From the sequence record OR983333.1: DNA of 64,000 bases, one strand, 5' to 3'. Made by a program: the position numbers and the translations under genes. This document shows, piece by piece, positions 31,380-41,567 of the stretch (the stretch's first letter is position 1; each line of letters starts with the position of its first letter). The notes beneath the pieces are model-generated. The model was given only the letters and a program-made list of their open reading frames with translations, ran no database searches and was not told the DNA's origin. This DNA is from Escherichia phage 1-6af.

Positions 31380-31902
31380 AAGCTTTTGTTGGCCCTTGTT
31401 GGTTATTGTATGAACCTTTAGTTGCGTAGCTATCCTCTTCCGAGGATGAGTGTTTAAAGAATTCCATCTGACCGATACGCATTCCCGGCTTGATCAGCAG
31501 AGAGTGGTGCTGTAGGACGTTCTTGAATTCCATAGTTAACTGACTGCCATGCCAACCACCGTCAGCATGACCAGCGTGCATGTGCTCTAAGAAGCAACGA
31601 CCGACAGTAGATCGTAGCATGAAGTCACAGCTAATGTTGTCTGGAAGGTTGAATGTCTCCACTGTATGAGCTAAGAAACACTCACCCGGTTTGATCACCA
31701 ACCCTTCCTCTGGAATCATAACCTCATTGAAATTAGGGGATTCTTTAGCAGAGATATCAACAACCCCATTAGCTGCACCTTCCATCAGAACACGATCTCC
31801 AATACGAACATCAATGCTGGAGGAATTAACAGCTGAGTGTGGTGCATCAATAACACCATCATCAATTAATTTATGTAACTCTGGGCTTCCTAGTAAACTC
31901 AT
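31348..31902 (-). CDS. dcd: dCTP deaminase
   Basis: Length about 184 aa and C-terminal KGSYNNQQG resemble bacterial Dcd. Confidence 0.7.
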   Translation of the reverse strand: MSLLGSPELHKLIDDGVIDAPHSAVNSSSIDVRIGDRVLMEGAANGVVDISAKESPNFNEVMIPEEGLVIKPGECFLAHTVETFNLPDNISCDFMLRSTVGRCFLEHMHAGHADGGWHGSQLTMEFKNVLQHHSLLIKPGMRIGQMEFFKHSSSEEDSYATKGSYNNQQGPTKAFGGTNHADML

Positions 31903-31911
31903 TCTTATTCC

Positions 31912-33225
31912 TTAGTTATTTGTTTCCATGTCAAAAGAGATTCCACGACCCGCTTCATCGGCAAACCGAACTGTACGGGTTTGAGGTTCTAATACTTCAG
32001 GGTTGTTGGCAATAAAGCGATCAGCGAGATTATCTACCACATCTTGGGCCACACCTTCATCAGTCCACACAGCCCTAACAGGTGCGTTGATATCACCAAC
32101 AGCAAAACCCTGACCAGAGAACTGGTGACGGCTAACAGTCAAGCCGTTTGATCGACCACGAGAAGGACTAGACATCCATTGCTCCATAGAATCACTTGTA
32201 ATACCAAGAGCTTCTTCAAAAGATGTTCTACGAGAAGAGCTTAGATTTCGTGCTTCATTTGCTCGACGTCTTGTAGGGGCTACAAACACCCCTTCAATTG
32301 CATTGTGTCGGTTAGGTTCGTCTTCTCTACCAAGCAGATCACCACCTGTATTAGTTGTTAAATTTGTCAACCCTTCAGACCAATACGCATGAATCTGACC
32401 GGAACCGTGAAGACTAGACATAATCTGAATCTCTTCATAAGGGATTCCAAAAAATCGACTCATGTCTCGGTTAACACAATATAGAGCACTTGTTGTATCC
32501 TCAATAAGAGCAACCTGACCTATTTCATTAACAAGATGACTGACTGGCTGAGGTGTAGGAAGGTATCGAGTTTGGGCCATATATTGATATGCAACAGATG
32601 GGGCTGAGAATCTTAACACTTGTGAATTAGGCCACTTTTTGTGAACGTATCTGATTTCACGACTAGAAACAACCACAGGGCAAGGGGCGGTCATAGCTAA
32701 ATACCCATGAGGGGTCATGAATAAGTTGTCAAGAGTCATCGCACCACGGCACATCATAGGAAAGTTATCCAATACCTCTTCGATAGAAGTAGGATAATTA
32801 AACATGAATTGGATACGAACCCCATTCCACTGAAACTCAATAATATCAGTGAATGTTAATTGAGAACCCCCAGCATAGGATTCGTTTGTAGCTTCAGCAA
32901 GAAGAGATGAATACTCAATATCTTGAGACTCAAGCCACTCTTTAACGTTACTTTCAACTTCTCGTCCGAGATCTTGCCACTGCTCATGACGGATGAAAGT
33001 ATTTCGAGTTCTTGGGGCCTGTCCTCTGACAATAAAGATATCAATGTCATGCGGAGCTGTGTTATTAAGCACAGCATCACGAATAGCCCCACCAGTGATG
33101 ATAGGACAAATACAGTCTGGAATCAAGTTGTTGTTAATCAGCTGTTCAATGAAGTGACGACCAACAGTGATATCCGGTTGTTGAGCAACCTTATCTTCAA
33201 TTCGGTTAATCGGGATAACAATCAT
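31912..33225 (-). CDS. Pol-beta-superfamily nucleotidyltransferase (CCA-adding enzyme / poly(A) polymerase-like head)
   Basis: GGAIRDAVL...DIDIFI NTase motif; Ser/Arg-rich C-terminal half; ATG 33225 overlaps upstream stop. Confidence 0.5.
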   Translation of the reverse strand: MIVIPINRIEDKVAQQPDITVGRHFIEQLINNNLIPDCICPIITGGAIRDAVLNNTAPHDIDIFIVRGQAPRTRNTFIRHEQWQDLGREVESNVKEWLESQDIEYSSLLAEATNESYAGGSQLTFTDIIEFQWNGVRIQFMFNYPTSIEEVLDNFPMMCRGAMTLDNLFMTPHGYLAMTAPCPVVVSSREIRYVHKKWPNSQVLRFSAPSVAYQYMAQTRYLPTPQPVSHLVNEIGQVALIEDTTSALYCVNRDMSRFFGIPYEEIQIMSSLHGSGQIHAYWSEGLTNLTTNTGGDLLGREDEPNRHNAIEGVFVAPTRRRANEARNLSSSRRTSFEEALGITSDSMEQWMSSPSRGRSNGLTVSRHQFSGQGFAVGDINAPVRAVWTDEGVAQDVVDNLADRFIANNPEVLEPQTRTVRFADEAGRGISFDMETNN

Positions 33226-33226
33226 T

Positions 33227-33784
33227 TTACATTTTCCAATATAATGAAGGTGGGTCGTAAGGGTCAAATCCTGTGATTTCACACAAGAAAAGATAAACCT
33301 TAACAGTTAAGTTAACGTCCTGTTCACAATAAGTAAACATATCTTCAGTGAAAGCATCCCATGCTTCCTCTTGCTCACCATAATCGCCCTTAAGTTCTCC
33401 TAAGAACTCACCCCACTGCTTCAAACCATGACCCCTTGGGCCACGTCTAGGGTCGCCTTTCGGATACTCAGGACTGTCACCAATACGGTCAGGTTTAAGA
33501 TATCGACTAAGACATAAAGTGTCAAAGACGTTAAAATTATATTTAATCAAAGAGGGATACATCTTCTTCAGAGCAGGTAAGTCGAAGTCAATAATATTAT
33601 GACCCACGAGCACATCTGCTTCTGTCAGTTTACGAATCCCGTCTTCGATTTGGTGAGGCCGATAGCCCCACCTTTCACCAGTTTCAACATCGAAGATATA
33701 AATACACCATACTTTAGTTATGTCATCGTACAGTGCATTACTCTCGATATCGAATGCAAACACTTTCTTCTTTTTCTTTACCAC
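33227..33784 (-). CDS. 3'-5' exonuclease (family-A polymerase exo domain encoded as a separate gene)
   Basis: Exo I FDIESNAL, Exo [14 protein letters not shown], Exo III-like YCEQDV, matching the T7 polymerase N-terminus. Confidence 0.8.
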   Translation of the reverse strand: MVKKKKKVFAFDIESNALYDDITKVWCIYIFDVETGERWGYRPHQIEDGIRKLTEADVLVGHNIIDFDLPALKKMYPSLIKYNFNVFDTLCLSRYLKPDRIGDSPEYPKGDPRRGPRGHGLKQWGEFLGELKGDYGEQEEAWDAFTEDMFTYCEQDVNLTVKVYLFLCEITGFDPYDPPSLYWKM

Positions 33785-35568
33785 GGTGAAGCTCCATCTG
33801 CTTGGTTGACGAGAGAAGCTGCATCCTCTCCATTAGTTAAAACGAATGGATTATCTTCATCAACTTCAAAGTCTTCCCTCTCTACAAGTCTACCGGTTTC
33901 ACTGATATACTTAGTATAACAGACACCTGTCTGACCGTAGTTGCGTTCTTTCAGTAATCGAATGACTGAGAGGTTCTTAGCTAAGCCGTCAGCTTGCTTG
34001 TCACGCTCAAAACCAATGATACACTGACACCAACGCATAAGAGAACGAGAGCCAGTGAACTGCACTTCACGTACCTGTCCACCTTCTTCATGAGGAGCAC
34101 CACCTGCCGGAGCATTAAGGTGAGATAACACGAAAGCGGTAAAGTCTAGTTCTTTACACATACCAGCAAGCTCGGAAGCAATCTTACTGATTTCAGTGTT
34201 AATCTCTGAAGGGGTTAAATGAGACACCAGAGCGGTAATGTTATCAAGGATGATGAACTTACACTGGTTTTCAACTACCCAGAAACGAATACACTGTTTA
34301 ATGTCTTCCCACTCATTCTGTCCGAAGTTGTCATACAAGAAGAATTTGTCTGCATAACGAAGTGCTTCATTACGCAAATCCTCCTCATCATATTCAACAT
34401 CGGGTCGGTGGAAAGGAATTGATGCTGACTTACCAGCAATGTTCTTAACAGACATGCCTACCTTCTCTTCCAAGAAGAAGCCACCTCCATTAAAACCATG
34501 CTCTAAGCACAGATGAGCAACCAGCTCGTGAGCAATGAGTGTTTTACCACTACCAACCCCACCACCAATTGCTACCACCTCTCCCCATCGAATACCGAAG
34601 GTCATCTCATTCAGAGTCTTCCACGGATATGGGATACCCCACTCCGCTTTCTTCAGAGCATCATCAAGGCAATCAAAGATTGTTACAGCTCCAGCAGGAG
34701 ATTCCCGCTTTGCTGAATACTTGAGAATGTTGAATAACTCTTGACCACGACCAGACAGAAGCATATCATTCGCATCCTTAATCTCTTTCTCCACACCGTT
34801 GTATGGGAAGGTTCCTTTAGGGATACGAGCAAACTTGACATGAGGGAATAAAGAACGACCTTTTGTTAAAGCTATCTCACCTGCATCATCGTTGTCCATG
34901 CAGAGCACAACCTCCTCAAAACCATTTACGAAGTCTCGATTACGAGACAACACAGAAGAGATTGAACCTGCACCGAACGGTAAAGAAACACAGGCTGGTT
35001 TAATGTTTGTTGCATTTGTAAAAGCTGTAAGGACATGGAAACCAGACATACAAGATAGCGGGTCTTCAAAAATGAAGAGCTTCTTGTTGTACACATCTCC
35101 ACGTTGAGCTTGTGCCATACCAAATAAATCTGCTTCTTTCACACTGCCGACATAATAAAACTTCTTATTATCTAGCAGCTTAACCTCGTAACCAACAATG
35201 TTTCCATCACGTTCGCGAGGAAAGAAGTAGCTGTCTGGAGTCTGACCGTCAGTTTGACTGAGGCCAATACGACACTCAAAACGCTCTGATACAGCTTTTG
35301 GGATTAAACGTCGAGTAAGCTCTCCCTGAGGAAGCTCTAAGCAATCATCTAAGACTTCTCTCAACTCTTCAGGGGATAACTCTTTTCTCTCGTTTGGAGT
35401 AGGTGTAGTGCCCTTTTCGAACACTTCGTAATTCCCACAACGGTTACAACTTCCCCACTCCTCACCTGTCTCTTCGTTACGGAAGAGAATCATGTGGTTG
35501 TGGGTTTTATCACGACCATGAGAGATACATTCCTTACAACCTGTGTCTCCCAAAATGATCTTTGACAT
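33778..35568 (-). CDS. DNA primase-helicase (T7 gp4-like)
   Basis: N-terminal zinc ribbon, [16 protein letters not shown], helicase Walker [10 protein letters not shown] and Walker B IILDNI. Confidence 0.85.
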   Translation of the reverse strand: MSKIILGDTGCKECISHGRDKTHNHMILFRNEETGEEWGSCNRCGNYEVFEKGTTPTPNERKELSPEELREVLDDCLELPQGELTRRLIPKAVSERFECRIGLSQTDGQTPDSYFFPRERDGNIVGYEVKLLDNKKFYYVGSVKEADLFGMAQAQRGDVYNKKLFIFEDPLSCMSGFHVLTAFTNATNIKPACVSLPFGAGSISSVLSRNRDFVNGFEEVVLCMDNDDAGEIALTKGRSLFPHVKFARIPKGTFPYNGVEKEIKDANDMLLSGRGQELFNILKYSAKRESPAGAVTIFDCLDDALKKAEWGIPYPWKTLNEMTFGIRWGEVVAIGGGVGSGKTLIAHELVAHLCLEHGFNGGGFFLEEKVGMSVKNIAGKSASIPFHRPDVEYDEEDLRNEALRYADKFFLYDNFGQNEWEDIKQCIRFWVVENQCKFIILDNITALVSHLTPSEINTEISKIASELAGMCKELDFTAFVLSHLNAPAGGAPHEEGGQVREVQFTGSRSLMRWCQCIIGFERDKQADGLAKNLSVIRLLKERNYGQTGVCYTKYISETGRLVEREDFEVDEDNPFVLTNGEDAASLVNQADGASPW

Positions 35569-35594
35569 GCTCTTCCTCCTTGGAATCCTTGAGC

Positions 35595-35798
35595 TTAGTA
35601 GAACGAACGAATTTCATCCCACACTTGTTCCTGTTCTTTCCTATAAAAAGAAAGTTGGGTCTTGAACATCTCCACTGATGATTCAAAGTTTTTGGTTTGT
35701 GCAGCTTCAACGAAACGTTCATGTCGGTTGATTTTGCACCGTAGCATTAAATACTTGGCTTCAAGTCTCCGAAGAGCCTGCCTTTTCTCAAGATTCAC
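35595..35798 (-). CDS. hypothetical protein
   Basis: 67-aa helical ORF; a second overlapping frame 35534..35722 exists. Confidence 0.3.
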   Translation of the reverse strand: MNLEKRQALRRLEAKYLMLRCKINRHERFVEAAQTKNFESSVEMFKTQLSFYRKEQEQVWDEIRSFY

Positions 35799-36207
35799 TT
35801 TTCAGATACTCTGACCAGTCGCCAGATTCAACCAGAACGTCTTGTTCTTCGTCGATGTGATAAATCCAAGCGATAACAGTTTCACCTGAGTCCATCTTAA
35901 CAGCAATCTGAGTACGCTGATAGAAGCTGTCTTCAGGGCTATGTTTGTTGTAACCTTCCAGACGGTCATACGGACCTTCCAGACCTGCTTTGTCAGTAGC
36001 AAACACTTCTACACGAACAGGCTTATTATTATTGCTGTGTGTGAGAGAGATGCTTGGGAAGTAGGAACCACCATAACGGAACAGATCGAAGTTGTCTTCA
36101 GTCCAACCTTCACCAATTGACTTAGCACCAGCTCGGTCATTAACTAAATAGTTAGCTTGACCACGACGAAGAGAACCATAAGTTGCTACGTAAATTACTT
36201 CTGACAT
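35788..36207 (-). CDS. GGCT/AIG2-like (gamma-glutamyl cyclotransferase fold) protein
   Basis: N-terminal YGSLRRG and ...AWIY pattern of the AIG2/GGCT family. Confidence 0.65.
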   Translation of the reverse strand: MSEVIYVATYGSLRRGQANYLVNDRAGAKSIGEGWTEDNFDLFRYGGSYFPSISLTHSNNNKPVRVEVFATDKAGLEGPYDRLEGYNKHSPEDSFYQRTQIAVKMDSGETVIAWIYHIDEEQDVLVESGDWSEYLKSES

Positions 36208-36276
36208 TATCTATACCTTTGTTGGTTTGTTTAGTTTATCCGAACTAGCCTCCTCTTTCGAAGAGGCTAAAGCAGA

Positions 36277-36462
36277 TTACTCTGTAATAAAGATTTTGAT
36301 TACGCCACAGATCGCTGCACTTTCAAACACTGCAATAGCTTCACTTCCTTGAAAGAAGGCCACTTTGCCATCAGTGAAGTTAAACATATCAGCATCGAGG
36401 TCCATAGCTCGCATTTCACCAGCTGCATTGGTATCTTTAAACAGAACTTTATACTTATTCAC
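36277..36462 (-). CDS. hypothetical protein
   Basis: 61-aa ORF inside the ligase operon. Confidence 0.35.
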   Translation of the reverse strand: MNKYKVLFKDTNAAGEMRAMDLDADMFNFTDGKVAFFQGSEAIAVFESAAICGVIKIFITE

Positions 36463-36707
36463 AGATAGGTCACTCCTTTGTCTTGTTGTGCTTCAGTGAT
36501 GATACGTTCTACACATTCCATAGAATACTTATCACCACGTTTCAGGAAAGTTACAATTGCAGAGAATTGATTACCAATCATTCGCTGATTAGTAATACCC
36601 CACTCCTCACACAATTTACGCAACTCTTTACGAGAGCCTACAATAAGAGGCTCTTTTTGTTCTATCATTCCATTTTGTACTAGATCTTCCAATGAAAACA
36701 TATCCAT
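36459..36707 (-). CDS. hypothetical protein
   Basis: 82-aa ORF; start/stop overlap. Confidence 0.35.
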   Translation of the reverse strand: MDMFSLEDLVQNGMIEQKEPLIVGSRKELRKLCEEWGITNQRMIGNQFSAIVTFLKRGDKYSMECVERIITEAQQDKGVTYL

Positions 36708-36713
36708 ATATCC

Positions 36714-37910
36714 TTAGTAGTTTACAACAGTGCCATCATTCAGGGTAATGCTATTAATCTGCAACACACGACCAAGCTGACGATCACTAATTGGAGCATT
36801 CCAGCCAGAGCGGTAGAAGTTACGACCGCAGAAGAAAACAATTACGTTACTTGCTACAGTTGAACCGTTTTCAGGATGCTTGATGTTAGCGATGTAATAA
36901 CCACGACGCAGATTACGACGGGTGATCGGGGTGATCTCTAACCCTTGCTCTTCAACTTGCATCGTTTCAGGAACAGGTTCCGAAGATTCTTCAGCAACTG
37001 GCTCAGCTGTTAATGCAAAGTTCTCATCATCTGCTGATTCAGCAAATTCTTCTTCCGCTTCTTCAACAGGCAGTTGGTAAGCAACACGATAGTCAGGTTC
37101 AACACCAGAGAAGCTCTTAACAAACTCAACGATATTGTGAGTGTAAGTCTCCAGAGTTGTACCAGTCAGTCCCGGAGCTGTATTTACTTCCAGAACCCAA
37201 GCGTTATTCCCTTTACTAATCAGATCAACAGCACCGAAGTTTAAGCCCAGAGCAGATACAGCTTTGTGAGCTTGAATCAGAACTTGATCAGGAGGAGCTT
37301 CAGTGAATGCGTTAGAATAAACCCAACCAGTGTGATGGTTACGAATATCTTCACGGTAGCTTTCCAGTTCACGATATCCATTACGACGAATCTTCTTCTG
37401 AACGTAAGTGATAACACCTTCAAACACATGAACACGCCATTCACGACGTGGGCCTTGAATACCTTTCGTATACAGAGGAGCACTTGCAACACCTTCTCCC
37501 GGAAGACGAACGGTGATACCTTCACCAGAGTGACCAGTTAAGGTTGCACGTTCATAAACAATTTCGGTTCGGTTCCAGTTCAGAGCTAATTCGTGATCGA
37601 TAGTGTATTCAACAGTCTTAACTTCAGCCAAACGCAATGCGTTGAACGCTGCAATCTTGTTAGCCGCTCGGTTCAGAGCTTCAACAGGGTTCAATACGGT
37701 TGCACCACCAAAGAAAGAAGCATCATAACGGCGGTTGCCATAGTTTACAACAATATCACCAGCTCGAGAACGATAACGAGAGCCTTCTGATACCAAAGAC
37801 ATTACGTTAGCATTTAAGCGGAGTTCCTGAATCTTAGTATTAATTGCAGAAGTAAGTTCACGAACTGAATCGGAAGGGCCATAAGGAAGAACACGGATAC
37901 GAGTAGTCAT
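36714..37910 (-). CDS. RimK-like ATP-grasp ligase
   Basis: ATP-grasp motifs EWRVHVFEG and FGAVDLI...WVLEVNTAPGL; acidic linker and C-terminal extra domain. Confidence 0.75.
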   Translation of the reverse strand: MTTRIRVLPYGPSDSVRELTSAINTKIQELRLNANVMSLVSEGSRYRSRAGDIVVNYGNRRYDASFFGGATVLNPVEALNRAANKIAAFNALRLAEVKTVEYTIDHELALNWNRTEIVYERATLTGHSGEGITVRLPGEGVASAPLYTKGIQGPRREWRVHVFEGVITYVQKKIRRNGYRELESYREDIRNHHTGWVYSNAFTEAPPDQVLIQAHKAVSALGLNFGAVDLISKGNNAWVLEVNTAPGLTGTTLETYTHNIVEFVKSFSGVEPDYRVAYQLPVEEAEEEFAESADDENFALTAEPVAEESSEPVPETMQVEEQGLEITPITRRNLRRGYYIANIKHPENGSTVASNVIVFFCGRNFYRSGWNAPISDRQLGRVLQINSITLNDGTVVNY

Positions 37911-37912
37911 TG

Positions 37913-38137
37913 TTAGATACCTTTAAGTTTAAGAATTTCGTTACGAGTTTTTTGAATCTGAGCTTCAATTTCGAAGTAGTCGTTGAACGCATCGTTCTCT
38001 ACTTCATCGGATGGTGCATCAATCAGACCGAAAGCGAACGGATACAGCTTTCGCTGCTCCGTTACTAATTCGATATGAACTCCCATATAATACTGTAGGA
38101 GAGTGATCTTTGGTTTCTTAGGAACCAGATTTGACAT
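37913..38137 (-). CDS. hypothetical protein
   Basis: 74-aa ORF in the ligase operon. Confidence 0.35.
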   Translation of the reverse strand: MSNLVPKKPKITLLQYYMGVHIELVTEQRKLYPFAFGLIDAPSDEVENDAFNDYFEIEAQIQKTRNEILKLKGI

Positions 38138-38351
38138 GAGGTTCTACCTTAATGCCTTTGATTTTTACATAATCAGCAAGCACGTTGTTGATCACCGTTG
38201 GGAAAGGAACCTCAACCTGTGTTTCAAGTACTTGACCAATACCAGCTTGCATCCACTTTTGGATTGCACGAAGGTTATCACATCCTGTGCTCGTCATCGG
38301 GATACGTCGAGTAGTTACAACGTTATCCAGCATCATCTTACGAATTTCCAT
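38118..38351 (-). CDS. hypothetical protein
   Basis: 77-aa ORF in the ligase operon. Confidence 0.35.
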   Translation of the reverse strand: MEIRKMMLDNVVTTRRIPMTSTGCDNLRAIQKWMQAGIGQVLETQVEVPFPTVINNVLADYVKIKGIKVEPHVKSGS

Positions 38352-38353
38352 AC

Positions 38354-40384
38354 TTAACCTCTATTCAATGAACATTTAGGAGAATTACAATAAACTTGAT
38401 TCATAGAACCAAGCGTACAACTTTCAGCATCGCGCCACGGAATCTGCTTAAAACACTCTGAGCAGTATCCAAGGGTTGACCACATGGCTTTGGTGAAGTC
38501 AGTGCTTCGGTTTCCGTCGAAGCTGACAACAGTTTTGCGGAGAGTTGTTCGTGATTCAGGAAACACACCTGCTTTCTCAGCAGGTTCCTCCTTTTTTGGC
38601 TTAGTTGAGATTGCAAAAATACTGTTGCTACGTTTCTCAACATAAGCATCAACAACATCCTCCAGAGTGATGCCTGTCTGTTTCGCTGAGGAAGGTAATA
38701 CAGTCATACGACCAATCATATCTTCAGTTACACGTAAAGCAAACTCAGGACGACGGGCGTTTGTTGTATCTGTTGCTTTAATCCATACATAACCATCTTT
38801 GATCGTAGCATTAGATACTTTCTTCTTTACCTCTACAGCGCAGGCTTTACAGATATCTTCACCGCGAAGACGACTAAGTTCATCATCGAACTCATTCTCT
38901 GTTTTAACTTCACCACAGATTTCACAAACACCAATAGGAGTCTCCTCCTCTTCTTCCTCTTTAGGTTTAGTCAAACCTTCCAGACATTCAGGATGCCAGT
39001 AGCACTGATATGCGAAGACTGCTTTAGGTGCATCCTTCCAATCAATGTGTTTGTCACAACCACCACAATCACCATGAGAATGTGCTTCCCAGAATTTACG
39101 AGTGATAGTAACGCCATTCTTGTTGACGAAACTATCATTCATGTCAAAAGGGATATCATCATCAAAGTCAGCAGTAGTAGACTCAGGCTCCTTTTTCTCC
39201 AGAGATGGGTCAACAAAACGACCTGCTGTGATCACTAAGCGAACCATAGCATTAACTTCGGAGATACAGGATACTGTCCCACGGTAAACAATTTTAGGGT
39301 CTTTCAGGGCATCCTGATAAGCCTTAATATCTACGTTATGGACATCACCTTCGATATACTCTTGAGATTTCTCATCGTAGATATAACCAATCATCTTACC
39401 ACGAGAAGGAACAGCACCAGCAGTTGCATAAGGAACAAACTCATGCGGAGTGATTTCCACAGTCATATCGCGGCGAATATCAATGTTTCGATCACTTGCG
39501 ATTTTGTTTTGACTTACCACTGCGTTTCTTCGACGAACATCTGCCGCTGTCACTCCCGGCTTCGTGTCGTAGGGATTGCTTGTACTGCTTTTTGAGGAAC
39601 TTTGATAGTTGCTTTGGCTGTAGTTGTTCGAGTAATAACTGCCCCAACGATTGGCTACCGTAAAAACCGGAAGCTCGTGGGCGACCTCTTCAACCAGAGT
39701 CATGCCGTTGTTTGACATATCAAAGATATACTCTGTACCAACTTTACATTCAAAATGCTCGTCAATACGGTTCTTATGAGACTTAGAACGCTTCAGAATC
39801 CACATCAACATATCTTCTTCAGAAGCACCAAACCAATCTCTGTTACAACGTGCGAGGTGGAAAGGACGCTCTTCGTTACGAATGATATGAAGGCGGTTAT
39901 CAGAAGCATCATGCCAGATTAAGGTGAAAGCACCATCCAGCTTTTGAATAGTCTCTGCTGCACCGATAGTGTTAATAGAGTGGCAGATGTTCTCGCTGTC
40001 TACCTCGAAGCTTTTGCTGTCAGGTAACAGATCTTGGTCCATCAAGGTTCCATTATGAACCAGAGTGATGTTACCATGTTGGAAAGGATGGGCGTTCTTG
40101 GCGTTAACTGCACCTTTCGTTGCATGACGACTGTGACCAACAATCCATGAAGGTGCTACAGTGTAAGCTGTTTCACCAGTGGTGTGCTTCTTGTACTCAT
40201 CTTGTAGGATGAATGCGAAAGAAGGAAGAGCTTCTTTATAAGTGAAGACTTCCTTAGTGCTTTTACGCTGACCAAAGATACCGGAGGAATGTTGTCCTCG
40301 GAATACTCCAGCATAAAAGAGTTGGTTGAATACGTCTAAATCAGTGCTTGACAGATTACCGCCAGCTAATACGATGCCACAAAT
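38354..40384 (-). CDS. class-II (Ntn) glutamine amidotransferase-domain protein with non-canonical start
   Basis: Upstream of the ORF-track start the same frame encodes (I)CGIVLAGG...FRGQHSSGIFG...GHSRHATKG...HNGTL; the catalytic Cys codon follows ATT; no ATG/GTG/TTG between an in-frame TAG (40388-40390) and 40045. Confidence 0.65.
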   Translation of the reverse strand: MCGIVLAGGNLSSTDLDVFNQLFYAGVFRGQHSSGIFGQRKSTKEVFTYKEALPSFAFILQDEYKKHTTGETAYTVAPSWIVGHSRHATKGAVNAKNAHPFQHGNITLVHNGTLMDQDLLPDSKSFEVDSENICHSINTIGAAETIQKLDGAFTLIWHDASDNRLHIIRNEERPFHLARCNRDWFGASEEDMLMWILKRSKSHKNRIDEHFECKVGTEYIFDMSNNGMTLVEEVAHELPVFTVANRWGSYYSNNYSQSNYQSSSKSSTSNPYDTKPGVTAADVRRRNAVVSQNKIASDRNIDIRRDMTVEITPHEFVPYATAGAVPSRGKMIGYIYDEKSQEYIEGDVHNVDIKAYQDALKDPKIVYRGTVSCISEVNAMVRLVITAGRFVDPSLEKKEPESTTADFDDDIPFDMNDSFVNKNGVTITRKFWEAHSHGDCGGCDKHIDWKDAPKAVFAYQCYWHPECLEGLTKPKEEEEEETPIGVCEICGEVKTENEFDDELSRLRGEDICKACAVEVKKKVSNATIKDGYVWIKATDTTNARRPEFALRVTEDMIGRMTVLPSSAKQTGITLEDVVDAYVEKRSNSIFAISTKPKKEEPAEKAGVFPESRTTLRKTVVSFDGNRSTDFTKAMWSTLGYCSECFKQIPWRDAESCTLGSMNQVYCNSPKCSLNRG

Positions 40385-40463
40385 TTTCTAATCCACCTGA
40401 AGGGTAAACCCTTTCATCTAATTAACCTTTAAATTGTGCCCCTTTGTCAGAGGCACCCATTGA

Positions 40464-41567
40464 TTACAGCGCTTGTTCTAACTGATTTTCCAGATGGTCT
40501 GGAATGTACCCTGTGATATTGCTATCACTGTGACCTGACTCACGTAGTAAGTCAAAAATAGCACGGATACGTTGTTCTGGAGCGTGTCTTACTTGAGATA
40601 GGTCTGCTGTACGAAGCATAACCAAAATCTCTTGATACAAGTTGTTAGCGTTCCCTCGGACATAACCAAGGAATCCATAGAAGTCTGACATAAGACGCAA
40701 GTCAACAAGAACATCTCCGTTGGAGTTGGTTCGACGTAAACGAATACGACCAGACTGTTCTACTTCATGAGAACGACAATACAAAACATCACGGGCCATA
40801 CAATAACCTGAATGCAAATCCGATTCATCCAGATTGTAATCCAGAGGAAGGTAAGGAAGCATTGGGGCAAATCGTACAGTATTTAAATGCTCAACAAACT
40901 GATCGTTGCTCATATCTGCGTTATCTAAAGCCAGCTTCTTCAGCATCAAGAAGCGGTTAACCAGATTGAGAAGTTGACCACGTTTCCACTTAGGCTCGCT
41001 GATACGGAACTCAATCGAACCGTATTGGGCAAGTGGCAGAAGGTTCAGGGATGTATACTTATCCCATGAACGAACCAGACGGTTGAAGAACTCTTCACCA
41101 TCGTAGTTAAATGCGTCAGAGGCATTCATTACCTGTGCTTGTACCACTGCAAACGCAGGGCAGAAATTGCTACGGTAACGATGGTAGCCTGAGCACTTGA
41201 ACAACATCTTTTCGTAGAAGGTCCAAGCGAGAATGGTTTTCTTGAGGATATTACTATCAGCATCCCTCATATCCATATGAACGTGAGTAGAGCAACGCCA
41301 AGTCCCCTCGGCGTGCGATTCAGCTACTGCTTCACTCAGGTTGTTGATAGCGTCTAACAACTCCTGTCCGTTGTAAGGTCGTGAACATACCATTTCACAA
41401 CCATTACGCAGGGAACCATCCTCTGTACAATCCCACATATCTGCTTCGATATGATCGGAACCTTCGAGTTCAAGTTCAATACCGACACCGCACTGAAGTG
41501 CAATTGAACTATGCGCCTCAGTTAAACGTCCTTCTCGATATCCAAAAGTTTGCGCTACAGTTGTCAT
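40464..41567 (-). CDS. GS/GCS2-like carboxylate-amine ligase (amidoligase)
   Basis: GIELELEG and STHVHMD motifs resembling the YbdK/GCS2 family. Confidence 0.6.
   Translation of the reverse strand: MTTVAQTFGYREGRLTEAHSSIALQCGVGIELELEGSDHIEADMWDCTEDGSLRNGCEMVCSRPYNGQELLDAINNLSEAVAESHAEGTWRCSTHVHMDMRDADSNILKKTILAWTFYEKMLFKCSGYHRYRSNFCPAFAVVQAQVMNASDAFNYDGEEFFNRLVRSWDKYTSLNLLPLAQYGSIEFRISEPKWKRGQLLNLVNRFLMLKKLALDNADMSNDQFVEHLNTVRFAPMLPYLPLDYNLDESDLHSGYCMARDVLYCRSHEVEQSGRIRLRRTNSNGDVLVDLRLMSDFYGFLGYVRGNANNLYQEILVMLRTADLSQVRHAPEQRIRAIFDLLRESGHSDSNITGYIPDHLENQLEQAL

Noticed and set aside
28298-31902. Thymidine hypermodification pathway inferred from ThyX, dCTP deaminase and a P-loop kinase
   Set aside because: No dUMP hydroxymethylase (ThyA-like) or other modification-specific enzyme was recognised; the set is explained by ordinary dTMP synthesis. 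DNA modification remains one possible target of the ligase operon but is unsupported here.
40388-40390. Genome-wide stop-codon reassignment (TAG read as sense) explaining the in-frame TAG and the ORF-free 56.3-58.1 kb region
   Set aside because: Long conserved genes (polymerase, primase-helicase, terminase, ThyX) are intact under the standard code; the TAG is more simply the stop of a short leader ORF.
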